A DNA stretch of 64,000 bases from Perkinsela sp. CCAP 1560/9 (taxonomy: Eukaryota > Protista > Euglenozoa: Kinetoplastea), in the NCBI GenBank assembly GCA_965644495.1, contig CBFFSA010000020.1, positions 124,001 through 188,000 on the forward strand, given 5' to 3'. The first letter of the stretch is position 1. The number at the start of each line of letters is the position of its first letter. Made by a program: the position numbers and the translations under genes. The notes under the pieces were generated by a model that saw nothing but the letters and a program-made list of their open reading frames with translations, did not search any database and had not been told where the DNA came from. Shown one piece after another: positions 1 through 11,683 of the stretch.

Positions 1-323
1 TTAGAACTTTCATTTTATGGTTCTCCGAGGAAAGAGTCGACAAGCGCAGTCATGATCCCTTAATATTCCTCCCACCCTTCTCCATCCCACACGCTATCTG
101 AAAATGGTAGTCCTCCACCAGATCCACCTTCAAACCTGTCTCATCCTTTGAAGTATATGTCAAACATATTTTACTTCGTTGGAACCTCAGCAAACAATGG
201 ATTCCTCCTGAGAGGTGAAAAATAATGAGTACTCAATACTGCTACTATAACATTTTTTCCCTATCGTAAAATTTATTTGTTGCAAAATGATAATGGGCTT
301 GCCTCTGGGCGCAACCCAAAATT

Positions 324-386
324 GGGGAAGACCTCCTCGTGGTCCTCCCTGGCACTGCCATCTTACTGATGCTATTAACGCTGACG
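324..386 (+). ncRNA. Decayed relic of the HDV-like ribozyme found at 24667 and 26267
   Basis: ACCTCCTCGTGGT-CCTCCCT-GG-CACTGCCATC...GATGCTA-TTAACGCTGAC aligns with the intact copies; the 5' P2 strand is missing and the catalytic C position is T. Confidence 0.6.
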
Positions 387-432
387 TAAGAACATTCGTA
401 GAGAAATATTTGGAAGTGTAAAGGTATTTTGA

Positions 433-518
433 CCCCCCCACTTAATTGTCATAGCCTAACCCCCCCGCTTATTTGTCCTTTTTTCGAAAAACAGGTGACA
501 AATAAGTGGGGGGGGGGC
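433..518. mobile_element. Small MITE-like inverted-repeat element
   Basis: Ends CCCCCCACTTAATTGTCA and TGACAAATAAGTGGGGGG are near-perfect inverted repeats. Confidence 0.55.
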
Positions 519-519
519 A

Positions 520-1000
520 CAATACTCACGCTTGCCTATGAAAGGGTTGTCTACTTGCAGTCTCGAAAAATTGAACTCAGTGGTATCTTGCTCGTGCAAA
601 GCTGCGTTCGCAACCATGTGGAGAATTTTAGTCACAGTTCTCTGGCAAACTCCGTGATTCCGACAAATTTGACCTGTACTTAAACTATTCGCCGTATCGG
701 CTGATATCATTAGCTTCACAAGGGTCTAATGATCGGTCTAATGATCGGCTGTCCAGGTAATGCGCAGAATGGAAAACTCTAACACGACAAGGATTACCGG
801 AACCTTGGTCGTAATGGGTATTCACTCATAATTGGATTTTCTTGTATGTTTGCATAAATTCCGTGTCGTGCCATTCGCATTCCGGAGCATTCAGTAAATT
901 GAGTCCCCACATCCAATCGTAGGCTTTCTCGCCTAGCGACGCAAACTTGAGGTATCTCCAGGTGCGGACGCATGCGAACTCATCATCCCCCGCCCCCCTC
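520..1000 (-). pseudogene. Probable Merlin/IS1595-like transposase remnant
   Basis: Minus-strand HTH-like ICRNHGVCQRTVTKIL followed by LQVDxxFIGKR, resembling the Merlin VEIDES.FGKRK motif; upstream frames are broken. Confidence 0.4.
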
Positions 1001-1213
1001 CCACGTCCAACAAAGAGCCCATGGACTGTTGAATTCGTTCCTCCTCGTGAGTATGTTCTTTGGCATTCTGCCGGTGGCTGTGTCCTGTAGCACCATCACC
1101 GACGATCGTCTAACGCTGGACTCCCGACCTTATCTTCCCCTCCTGACGGTAAACTGGGTGAAAAATTGGAGAATAGATAAACAATCATTTTTTTCAATGC
1201 GAAAGGGGCAGAC

Positions 1214-1280
1214 GTTAGTTTTCACTGCGCGCCCTCGTTAGTTTTCACTGCGCGCCCTCGTTAGTTTTCACTGCGCGCCC
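1214..1280 (+). repeat. 23-bp tandem repeat, 3 copies
   Basis: GTTAGTTTTCACTGCGCGCCCTC repeated three times. Confidence 0.9.
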
Positions 1281-2479
1281 CAGGGCTGCGCTCACAGTTG
1301 GGCCTGCCCCACTAGGTGATGAAGCATTTTTTTGTTTTTATTTTCACACACGTTGATGAATCAACGAATTAGAGACATAGCCACTTTTTTGTTTCAATAA
1401 TCGAGGGTAGAGCGGTTGTTACAACCACCGCAATAGTGCCCTATGCAGGAGTGGAGGTTTGAGGGGTGAACAAAACTTCCGTTTTTTCCCTTTCAGAAAT
1501 TTCTGTAATTATGAGAGATAACTGTTTTCATGAACTGTAAAACGTATTTTAACTATTTTTGTTCGCTTTGTATATGCGACCGTGCTACAGCCATTTTGCG
1601 GGCAGGGTGTAGAATTATTTCCTTTTCTGCGACCCAATCGCAATGGCGAGATGAGATGTATTTTATCTACAGAGCAAATGGCCACGCAAAAGGGTCGTGT
1701 TAATCTCGTGGAATAATACAACTTATTTTGACACAACTTGTTTTTTCTATAAATGATATTTTTTGTTGCCTTCGGAGACCGGTACCATTTGGGGTGTCAA
1801 ACCTCCCACACGTACTACCAAAGCGTCGAAATAATAATAAAAGCCATGTAGCACCTTATCGCCCCGTATTCATGAAATGTTATGACTTTTATGAGTTATA
1901 CTCCTATGAGTTTGTAGTTCGTTGACATCTATACCATCATAGAGACGGTAGTACAAGAAAAGTCCACGAGAAGGCTGTTGAAATACGGTGGAATACGAAT
2001 CGTATGCAACCCCGCTTTTCCCGGTATCAAATTTATGTGATTGAAAATAGCTTTTGTTTGAGTCTAAAAAGTGGTTTTTCGGCATATTTAGGTGATGCCC
2101 TACCAGGGAAAAATATGTCTGTAGTCCAAGTTGGACTACAATGCTGTTGAACCAACAGCATGTGATAAACGCGGGAGGAAGGCACAAATCCGAAAATTTG
2201 CTCATCTTGGCAGTGAAAAACATCCTGCGAAACTGTTCAAAAATTCACATCTTCAAGTAAAATAGCTCGGTTTGACAGGGGAGGAGGATCCGTGGAGTCT
2301 GCCGACCATCTTGTAAGAGTGCGAGAACTCCATTTTGGTTTAAGTGGTGGTGGTTTCATCATCAATACTCGCGTCTTGTCTAAAGACGTGTCACCCCTGA
2401 AAGAAGAACATCGAAAAGAAAAAGAAAAATCTACTAGTTAGTAAAAGAAAAATCAACCTAGTTTTTTTTAATTTTTTTT

Positions 2480-3480
2480 TGTCAAAGGCAGAGTGCGGTT
2501 TTTACAGAGATGCAAGCAGTAGACTTCAAGTATAGATCGCAGACTTCCTTTATTTGGCTCACGGTATTTGGCCTGTGTTTCTTGTAGAGCTTAAGAATAC
2601 TCCAGAGATCCTCGATCGGGTTTAGATCCGGGGAGTCTGCTGGTCATCTTGGGAGAGTATGAGCACTCTTCACAGCTATGCAAAGCCGCAGAGCCTCAAA
2701 CTGAGGATGAAATTTCCACCAGGTGATTGTTATGGCCTTGTGCCCAGGCGCGTTATCATCCGTAAAGATTTTGTCTCCGATCTTTTCCCATGGAAGATAC
2801 GTCTTCTGTAAATGTGCAACTGCGATAATATAATTTTTCGAGCCCTTTGTTTGGAGGAATGTTTGGAGGAGTGTGTTCGTTGCATTTTTTTGAATTCACA
2901 CCAGTGATGAAGGAAATTGCCATCGACATCAATAGCGCCCCATAACATTATTTGAGGTGGGTGGTCCGTGGGGACTTTCGATACTGGGGAATCCGGGTGT
3001 TGCCAGGTCTTTTTGGATGAGTCCCCAACCTTTATCATAACTTAGCCAGAAAATAGTAGGCGTGAATTTTTTTTGGCCTCGATTGTCCTGTTCTTGTAGC
3101 ATCGCTTGTGCAAAGCGAACCCTGGCTTCCATCTTCGATACACTCAGACAAAGAGTATTAACTTTGGGTCCATATTGCTACTTATGGTGCGATAAAAATT
3201 GGCGTACCTATTCAGGAAGGGATGATCTTGAAGTTTGTGAGCTTCACGTACGCACATGGAATATCTGTAATCGTACGATACGAGCCCTACATAAAAATCG
3301 CTTACGGCAAAAAATCAGTAGCCGCGTCGTAGTGTTCCCATTTAATAATGGAACTGTTATCATCCTGCTCCTCACCGATGGAAACCTTGACAGGAAAATT
3401 CCAGAGTGGACAAGGATTGGTAGAGAGCCGGTATCTCGCGGTTTTCTTTGAAAATACTGTTCTAGAAATTCTTTAACTTC
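2480..3480 (-). pseudogene. Degenerate Tc1/IS630-family transposase
   Basis: Minus-strand ADSPDLNPIEDLWSILK at ~2590-2640, plus IMLWGAI and RVRFAQ motifs; multiple frameshifts; boundaries approximate. Confidence 0.8.
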
Positions 3481-4055
3481 CATCGCTACTGCTTTAAAGG
3501 GCTGAAACCACCTGAGTTTAGCTGGTCTCGCCGGGGTTTGCCTAAGTTTGCGCTTTCTATATTGCATTGGACTACTCAACTTCTTAAAGCACAGCATACA
3601 ATATAGATTTTTTCCTCACAATACAATGTAACATATAATGTATCTTTTTGGATTTCACATTTATCCTCAGTACAATGCTCAATTATGATCTTCCGCCTGC
3701 CGAAGATGAGTTCATCTAAAACGATTTCTCCTCTCCGGATTCTGGGAAATACGGCTCCCTGAGAAAGTGGGTGGTATTTATACTGCCATTTATAGACTGA
3801 CCCGCCCCGTTTAAGCGCACCGGGACAGCCTCCCGTTTAAGCGCACATTTTGGAAACGAGTTTTTCCCGTTTATTCCTGTCAAAGCGCAGACATCAAACG
3901 CTTTCTTGACGAGAACTCCTCTGAAGGAGTATTGAAAGGAAAGGTATTGATTTTGCACAAATCAATGTGTTGACTGTATTCTACATGCCATAACATACAT
4001 AGCAACAAATTGATTTGAAAGGCTTAAAATTCTATTTTTTGCATACGTTTTGTAT

Positions 4056-4738
4056 ATGGACGACCCAGATCCGAATTTATCATATCCACGCGCAGCCAAA
4101 GTTAGAGGGAACTTGCCACAGGAATTCAAGCTAACACAACTTGTCAAGGATATTGAGAATTCGCTTCTCTCCTGGAATACATCTACCCCTGCATGCAAAT
4201 GGGAAGGCATTGTGTGTGCCGATGGTACACATATCAGCGAAATATATTGGAGCGCGCCCAAATCATTGCCACCGCACCTAAGATTGAAGTCTCCTTCAGG
4301 AAACGTTTTTTCCGGTAGGCTTCATTTGCAGCATTTACCGGAATCCTTGGAAAAACTTTATGTTGCAGGAAATCGACTAAATGGAATCATGGACTTAACT
4401 CGACTTCCTCAGGGCTTAACATTTCTTTCTTTGTGTAAGAACTTTTTTCGGGCAACGTAGTCCTTGATTGCTTACCACAGACCTTGGCACATATCAACAT
4501 CGGACATAATCAGCTGACCGGGTGTCTTGATTTTCGTCACCTACCAGTAACATTGAGAGCGTTGTTCTGCTACGACAATAACTTTGATACTCTAGTTCCG
4601 GTTCAAAATCTTCCCCCGGAACTAAGGTATCTCCACCTTCAAAATAATCCTGAGTTGAAAGGTGTTCTTGAAAAGTCTACTTTTCCTGTGATCCTGACAA
4701 GTGTTGACGTCACCGGCACAAGGCTCACACTCCGGTAG
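4056..4738 (+). pseudogene. LRR protein gene with one frameshift near 4445-4450
   Basis: KVRGNLPQEF, WNTSTPACKWEGIVC cap and LPxxLxxLxxxxNxLxG repeats split over two frames in a T-run (could be a sequencing error). Confidence 0.8.
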
Positions 4739-5870
4739 ATGTGCTGGACTGGATATTTTCTATTTCCTTTTATTAGAATGTAACATAATTTTTTGTAATG
4801 TTTAACACAATTTTTGTAATGTGTAGCAAGGTACAAACGTATCGATTAGGAAGTGTACATAGTGTTAGCAAAGTATTCACATAGAGGATACTCACCTATT
4901 AAGAGAGGGGGGCACGAATGTGGCAAGTATTCTGTCATATTCTGCCGATCACAAAAGATTTGTCCCTTGGCAGGGTAGTGTTAATGTTGTAGCAAACTCA
5001 CGCCACGAAGAGGCGCGCGTTTTTTGAAAAACAATCTTGTTCGTTTGACGTTTAACTTGCGTATATACTGCATACGTTGCGTATAAATTTATACTTGCGC
5101 TTAGACGCATGCTGATGTATACCCCCTGACATTCTTGACGAAAAATCCGGACATTCTTGAAAAATAATGACTAAAAACAGGCAAAATCAGAAGAGTCACG
5201 GGCGTTTTCATTGAAGGGATGTAAAAGAGTAAAAGGAATTTCTTTTGAACACGAAGACTAAATCTTTGTGTTGCGTACAAAGAATGAATAGGACAATAAA
5301 AAGATGGCGCTCGTTAGATGCCAAGAAGAAAAAATTTAATCAAAGGAAGAATATTTTGCCCTGTTCATTGTTAAACACATCACAGTAAACTTAAAAATCC
5401 GGACAATATCAGTATGAGTTAGAGTTCATCTGCGCTCTCGTCCCCCACAGAGAGGATCGGACCCACTTTCTTCGGCTGACTTCCAGCCGTCTTCCAGCGC
5501 GTCCCAGCACTTTCCTTGAAAATAAGGCCGATTTTCGGTCCCCACCTATTCCGTTCGTTGACCCCTTCTTTCTCTCCGTCGCGATCCTTTTCTATTTTTA
5601 TATCTTTCAGAGAATTGAGATGCGATTCTGCCAACTTTGAGCTCTGACTTAAGTCCACAATTATATTTGTCAAAAGCCTGAACTTCTAACTCCGACGAAA
5701 CACGAACATTTTGCCTCACATCTGAGCGTGAGTCTCTAATGGGTCACCCTTTTAGAATGTCTACGAATCCTAGACGGCCATCGAGGATTCATCTTAGGGG
5801 ACGATACTTTGATTCCATGGGTCTCATTAGGTTAAAGGACAAAGACAGTATATGAATCAAAGAAAAATTA

Positions 5871-6042
5871 CTGTACACTCCGTTTATAATAGCCTCGACC
5901 CCTCCCCCCTTTATAGGTTCTTTTTTTTGGCAAACTGAGGAAGATTTGTTTTTCTGTAACACTTTCTGTGCCAACTTTCAATCGCCCTCCCCCCTTTATA
6001 GGTTGATTTAGGCAAAAGCGAGGCTATTATAGCAAGGTACAG
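5871..6042. mobile_element. MITE
   Basis: Inverted ends CTGTAC...TATAATAGCCTCG and CGAGGCTATTATA...GTACAG; internal direct repeat CCCTCCCCCCTT(T)ATAGGTT. Confidence 0.6.
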
Positions 6043-6123
6043 TGAATATTACAGTAAGTATTATAACAGTAGTTCTTTACTATAATTTAATCTATATACT
6101 CTGTATCTATCTATATATCATTA

Positions 6124-7463
6124 TAAACCCCGCGTCACCAATAAGTGACCCCCCCTTATTTTTAGCACAGGGGGTCGTGGGGGGGTTATCATACCACGTT
6201 GTCGTTCAAAATTTTGAGGTCTGTACGTTCCCGCTGTTTTTAGCTCATTTTAAAACTTTAAAATTCAGTAAAAGAAAATTTAAGTTTTTCAACCTTTTTT
6301 CCAAAAATGCCAAAATCACCATATCGACTCCCAAGAGGGGGGCTGACTTCTAGTGGAAAAGTTCTTTTAAAGATGAGGCACGGACAAGGAGTACCAATAA
6401 AAGAGCTAGCCCGTGATTTCAACGTTTCTAGAAGGATAGTTAAAAAATATTTGAACGAAAAAAAACTACCCCAGTATACACTTTGAGTCCTGAGCGAAAA
6501 AAAATAATGAAAACTCGTAAAACGAAAATTGAGAAGATATAACCCCTCTTGACCCAGCTGGAGTACCGAGACTCAATTCATCAAGGCGCATAGCAGCCCA
6601 ATTGAAGAAAAAGAATATACAAGTTTCAAAAAGAACTGTACAGAGAGACTTATCATCCCTGGATTACAGTTATGCCGCTCGACCGCTATGCCAAGGGCTT
6701 ACCGAACGACGAAAAGTAAAAAGAGTTCAATTTGCGTTTAATTACAATATGGATACTTCCCGTGTCATCTTTACAGACGAAAAAATATTTGATACGAATG
6801 ATGGCAGAAGAAAAATGTGGGTAAGGCGCGGTCAAAAAGCAGCCCCGCGTCAAAAAGTACGTTGGGCACCAAGATGCCAAGTTTGGAGTGCTGTAGGGGT
6901 GGGGTGGAGGTACTTGGTAATTCTACAAAATGACACATCTATTACAAGTGAGACGTACATAGAAACATTAAAAGAGGTAGATTTTCCCCCTAATCGTATT
7001 TTTCAGCAAGATGGGGCAACGGCTCACACTGCTCGTGCCTCAAAGGAGTACATTGAAAGCGCAATGAGTGAACTTCTGAAAAATTGGCCCCCCAACTCAC
7101 CAGATCTTTCCCCAATAGAAAACGTCTGGTCTATGGTCCAAGGGGCGGTGGACGAACAGACCCCATCGGATAAGCCTTCACTCATCCGATGTGTACGCAA
7201 AGCGTGGTCTCGCTTGTCTCAAAATGTGATCGACAAAACGGTCTTAAGCTTTGACTCACGCCTTAAGGAGTGTATAAGATTGAAAGGCGAAAAAGTGAAA
7301 AAATGGTAATTCCTCAATAAAATATACGCATTCGCTTCTTTTTGTTTCATTTCTTCACGCGCAAAGTCCTTGTGTTGAGATCTGCAAAACGCAACAAAAA
7401 TCAGCTCAAACGAACATTTGTACGAAAAAAAGTGGGGGAATACTTTCCATGACGCGGGGTTTA
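6124..7463 (+). mobile_element. Tc1-family DNA transposon with frameshifted transposase N-terminus
   Basis: Perfect TIRs TAAACCCCGCGTCA / TGACGCGGGGTTTA flanked by TA; HTH at ~6374-6455; catalytic IFTDEK, QQDGATAH and SPDLSPIE (DD35E spacing) in ORF 6602-7309. Confidence 0.92.
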
Positions 7464-8045
7464 TAAATATAATATAATCTTTATTATAAGAGTAGTTCTT
7501 TACAGTAAGTATTATAACAAGGTACAGTAAGCTTCTTCAGTTCGTCTTTTCAGTCGACTTCAAAGAACCATTTCACCACACAAAGAGTAATGCTTTGTGA
7601 TGCCTTCTTTAGAGGAGGGAATGTTTTCAATGGTGATTGAGCGTTCGTCACGCTCTTCGCGCGCAGTGTAAAACGTGGAGAGATTCAAGTGTTGTCATCT
7701 CGTTTACGCTTTGCATCTCTTTCCTTGTCGGACATACCGTTTCCTTTATTTGATTGACTCTCTGCCGAGGTCATACTACTGACAGTAGTATGAGATTATC
7801 TGAGATTACCACTGATGATCTTACAGGGCATCGATGAATTTTATTGCGTATATCAGGTAAAACTGTCGCAAAGTGTCTTAGAATATCTTAGAATAATACC
7901 GAATCACATTTGTTTTTTGTTAGAATGTTTTTTCAAAAATTTGTTTTTTAGGGTACATTTTCACCATAGTCCACCCGAAACTAAATATGCAGAAGAAATT
8001 AGGTGGCTACCTCTCATGCTCCGCTGTAGACCCCACTCTTTTTTA

Positions 8046-8125
8046 TAGCGGGTACGGTACCCGATATAGTGGGTACAGGCGGGTACGTACCCGCCGCATC
8101 TGGCCAAGGTACTGTACCCCCGCTA
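8046..8125. repeat. Short inverted-repeat element (mini-MITE-like)
   Basis: TAGCGGGTACGGTACC ... GGTACTGTACCCCCGCTA with internal GGGTAC repeats. Confidence 0.45.
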
Positions 8126-8442
8126 GTTATCTGTCACTACTTTTCGGGAAAAGGTGACAGAAAAATATGGGGGTAGGGGTGTGACAGATAACCAGGGGGG
8201 TCTGTCACCAAAAAATAGAAAGAGAGAGAGTCACAAAAAAGGCATCTGTAACCCTGAGAAAATTCCTGTCTACCCTGGATTTCTTTCTTTTCTTCGTGCG
8301 CACGACCATTTACGTTCAAGATGAAAGGAAAGGAAATAAAAGGTTCGTTCTCTTGAAAAAGATGAAAGCACACTTTGAGAAACTTACATCCGCACATAAG
8401 GAATGAAAAACATAATTCTAAGAAATCTAAATATTTTTATTT

Positions 8443-9453
8443 ATGAAGTGCTACTTCATGTCATCTGTGCAGTTAGCACTTTTTATAACTTTCAAAGATA
8501 CGCAAGCGCCACCGACAAAGAGACGGAGACTTAAGTCCAATTTTTCACCATCTGAAGCACCGGAAGACATTTCACAAACTAAAAAACCAGTTACTCGTAC
8601 CGGAAAAGTGAGAGGAGCGAAACTACCACTGGAATACGACCTTGTACGATTTGTAGCGGATATAAAAGGCCCACATTCTTCCTGGAAGGCATCGACACCT
8701 GCATGTGAGTGGAAAAGTGTGATATGCGATGAGGATTCACGTGTCGAAAATATCGATTTGAGCTTCATGTACCTCAGTGGATCACTCCAATGGAGTTACT
8801 TACCCCGTACGGTGCTTTCTTTTGCCGCATCTGACAATCATCTTACAGGAACAGTACCATTTGACTTATTGCCACCGGAACTCACGGATTTATGCCTACT
8901 TCAGAACGCGTTTAGCGGTGAGTTAGATTTTACACATCTCCCCGATACATTAAAGGAAATTAATTTGGCTTGGAATTACTTTGACGGACGTGTAAACCTG
9001 ACCCATTTGCCACCCAATTTGCTGAGTTTAAAACTTTATCACAACAAATTTTCCGGGAATCTTAACCTGTCCGATTTGCCGAATACTATACGAAACGTTT
9101 TCTTATTTGACAACCAATTCAAAGGTTCCGTTGACTTTACTCATTTGCCGGCACATTTAGTTGAACTTACTCTTTTTAATAACAACCTTTCCGGGGGTAT
9201 CGACCTTTCTAGTTTACCACCCACTTTAAAGAGGCTTGACTTGAGTGACAACGAGTTTCACGGAATAGTGATGCTTAACGATCTGTCTACCGAATTACAA
9301 ATACTCGTTTTGGAGAATAACGAAGATCTTTGTGGTGAGATTGATGTGCGTGCCATTCCAGAAGCTCTGGAAGAGGTACTCGTTAAAAATACCAAAATAG
9401 AGGTAATCGGACGTGAGCTTCCAACGGCGGATACACTCTGGCCCCCTTTATAA
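8443..9453 (+). CDS. Leucine-rich repeat protein (336 aa)
   Basis: Cap WKASTPACEWKSVIC then about nine 24-aa LxxLxLxxNxFSGxLDFxxLP repeats; intronless. Confidence 0.9.
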   Translation: MKCYFMSSVQLALFITFKDTQAPPTKRRRLKSNFSPSEAPEDISQTKKPVTRTGKVRGAKLPLEYDLVRFVADIKGPHSSWKASTPACEWKSVICDEDSRVENIDLSFMYLSGSLQWSYLPRTVLSFAASDNHLTGTVPFDLLPPELTDLCLLQNAFSGELDFTHLPDTLKEINLAWNYFDGRVNLTHLPPNLLSLKLYHNKFSGNLNLSDLPNTIRNVFLFDNQFKGSVDFTHLPAHLVELTLFNNNLSGGIDLSSLPPTLKRLDLSDNEFHGIVMLNDLSTELQILVLENNEDLCGEIDVRAIPEALEEVLVKNTKIEVIGRELPTADTLWPPL

Positions 9454-9507
9454 TAAAGGGGGATCCGTATAAAATTAATACGACCCCCTGACACACGAAT
9501 CTTTATA

Positions 9508-10585
9508 CTCTCCCTCTCATTAATTTTTATAAATTATAAATTATATAAAAAAGTGAGCTATAATTATAATTACAAAAAATTAATGATCCCGTATAAATGA
9601 CCGCTATTCCAAAAACAGGTCGGCGTTAGTACGATCTGTAAGATGGTAGTGCCAGGGAAGACCGCGAGTAGGTCCCGACCATGCTTCCCCATGCTGAATT
9701 TTTTCAGTGAATCGCGTTTTACAAAAATCAGTATCTTCATCTCAGGAAGAAAATCCCCCCCAAAAAGATTGTCTTTTCCCCTACATGAGCATTTTTTCAT
9801 GAATCAATATCTGAAGCTGAGAGTCAAATAAGCAAAAGAAATCACATAGAGGTAATGTACTATAAACAAAATAAAGTTTGTATTTTCTCACCATCTGCCT
9901 CCAGCATAGAAATCAACCATTTGCGCTTTTCTGTAAGAAATTTCTTCGAAGGAAGTCTATCCACGTTCACAAAATAATTTTCTTTTTTAGGCTCTTCGTT
10001 AAACGCGGTGGTTGTTTTCAACTTAGAAGTCACTCATGCTGCGTGCTTCGCGTTGAAAACTACCACCGCGTTTAACGAAGAGCCTAAAAAAGAAACTTTG
10101 GCCTGGAAAGGTGAAGAAAACGGAAACATTCTAGACAAAAATAGCTGATTTTTGGGTAAAAGTGGGACCATTTTTGCGTATTTTAGCTCTCAGAGCACTA
10201 AACCCGACATTTGCGTGCGGGAAATCACTCGTAGGCAGGAATGAAAGCCTACTGAACGTATTGGGTAGAGAATGCGACTCCAACCACACCATTCTTTCGA
10301 CCCAAAAAGGCCCCTTTTATAAATTTTTCTTCTATTATATTACTGTGTTCCTCTTTATATTTTCACTTTTTTTGTTCACTTTTTTTTACAATAATCGAGG
10401 GTAGAGCGGTAGTTTTACAACCACCGTAATCCATCTTAAGTAGAATAAAAGAAAAAATTCTTTGGTTTAGAAAAAAATTAAGAAATAACGTTCGATTAAT
10501 TTCTGATTTATAACAATTAATGATCCCGCATAAACTAAATTTTTATAACTCGAAATCCATTTATATAAATTAATGAGAGAGGGAG
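9508..10585. mobile_element. Non-autonomous TA-flanked DNA element with Stowaway-like CTC(T/C)CTC ends
   Basis: TA-CTCTCCCTCTCATTAATTTTTATAAAT versus ATTTATATAAATTAATGAGAGAGGGAG-TA; subterminal AATTAATGATCCCG repeat at both ends. Confidence 0.7.
9979..10095. repeat. Fold-back inverted repeat with 44-bp arms
   Basis: 9979-10022 is the reverse complement of 10052-10095 with one mismatch. Confidence 0.9.
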
Positions 10586-11234
10586 TAATTTTTTTTCCCC
10601 CGCAGTAATATTGCAGAAATCTGAAGTTACCCAGTAGTGTTGTTTTGCGTCGCCGTGCTTTCGTTTATGCCGCTGACAAGTACACCTATTGTTTACATTA
10701 AACACAAATTTTATTACAGCAAAAACCAAAACATTTAGTCACCCCCTCATTTCCTCCTGCTTAACACACTTTTTAGCACAATTTCCCCCCTCTTTCTCCT
10801 TTTCTCCTTTCGATTCCCCCCAACCTACAAACCTTTACCCCCCCTTTTTAGCCTTAAAACAACTTGGCATCTTAAAAAAGGTCTTAAAAAAGGTCTCTCT
10901 TAAAGGGAGGTCTTTATCCGACCTCCCTTTAATGTACAGTGCGGGATTTACCGGTGAAACGGTTATTAAGGATAAAAGTAATTAAGGCAGAACCGATTTA
11001 AAAATTAATTATTGCCTTAATTAAAGTGGCGCTGATAAAAGCCCGAAACAGTCTTTATTTAAATATTGTAGTTTGTAGCATAAATATCAAATTTCTGCTA
11101 AAAGTGTTCAATTCTTGATCATTTTTCATGTTTTTCGAACTTTTCTAGACGAGCTTCGCCTGTTTCGCCTACCTTTACGGTCTTCAACCAGTTCAACGTG
11201 TGAGAGAAAACCTAAAACGACCATTAAACTCAGG

Positions 11235-11398
11235 CTGAGGTGGACGACGGAGATACCAATAGTACTGGTGCGGCAGTTTTCTACAGAAAGAACGGCATCT
11301 CCACCTTTGCATGCGCCTGTGTTCATGCCATAAGGGACATTTTTCCTGTGGGAAACTGCCGCATCTGTACAATTGGTATCACCCTCGTCCACTTTGGC
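11235..11398. repeat. Diverged inverted repeat with ~60-bp arms
   Basis: Opposite-strand ORFs translate to similar peptides (MDDGDTNSTGAAVF and MDEGDTNCTDAAVS) because the arms are complementary. Confidence 0.8.
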
Positions 11399-11683
11399 CT
11401 GGGTTACATACAGTGGTCGTCAGCGTAGCATGACCCCGTTTTACTTATCTGTTTTTACTCATTTTTGTTGTGAGAGCTTGTGTTGGATATTAAAAATTTC
11501 CTGTTTTGCACCTATCGCAGAAAAGTGAAAAGAAAAGATGAAGGAAGAAGGAAAAAAATTATTAAAGTAGTAACAAATCGTCTTAAAAACCCTACATCCC
11601 TTTAATGTAACTATCATGCAAATCACAAAAAAAACGTCTTAAACCAAACCTACATCCCTTTTGTTCTCCCCACCCTTTTTCCC

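Noticed and set aside
7517-7528. 12-nt minus-strand match to the SL 3' end (CTGTACCTTGTT)
   Set aside because: Part of a MITE terminal repeat also seen near 6030; no downstream ORF, so probably coincidental
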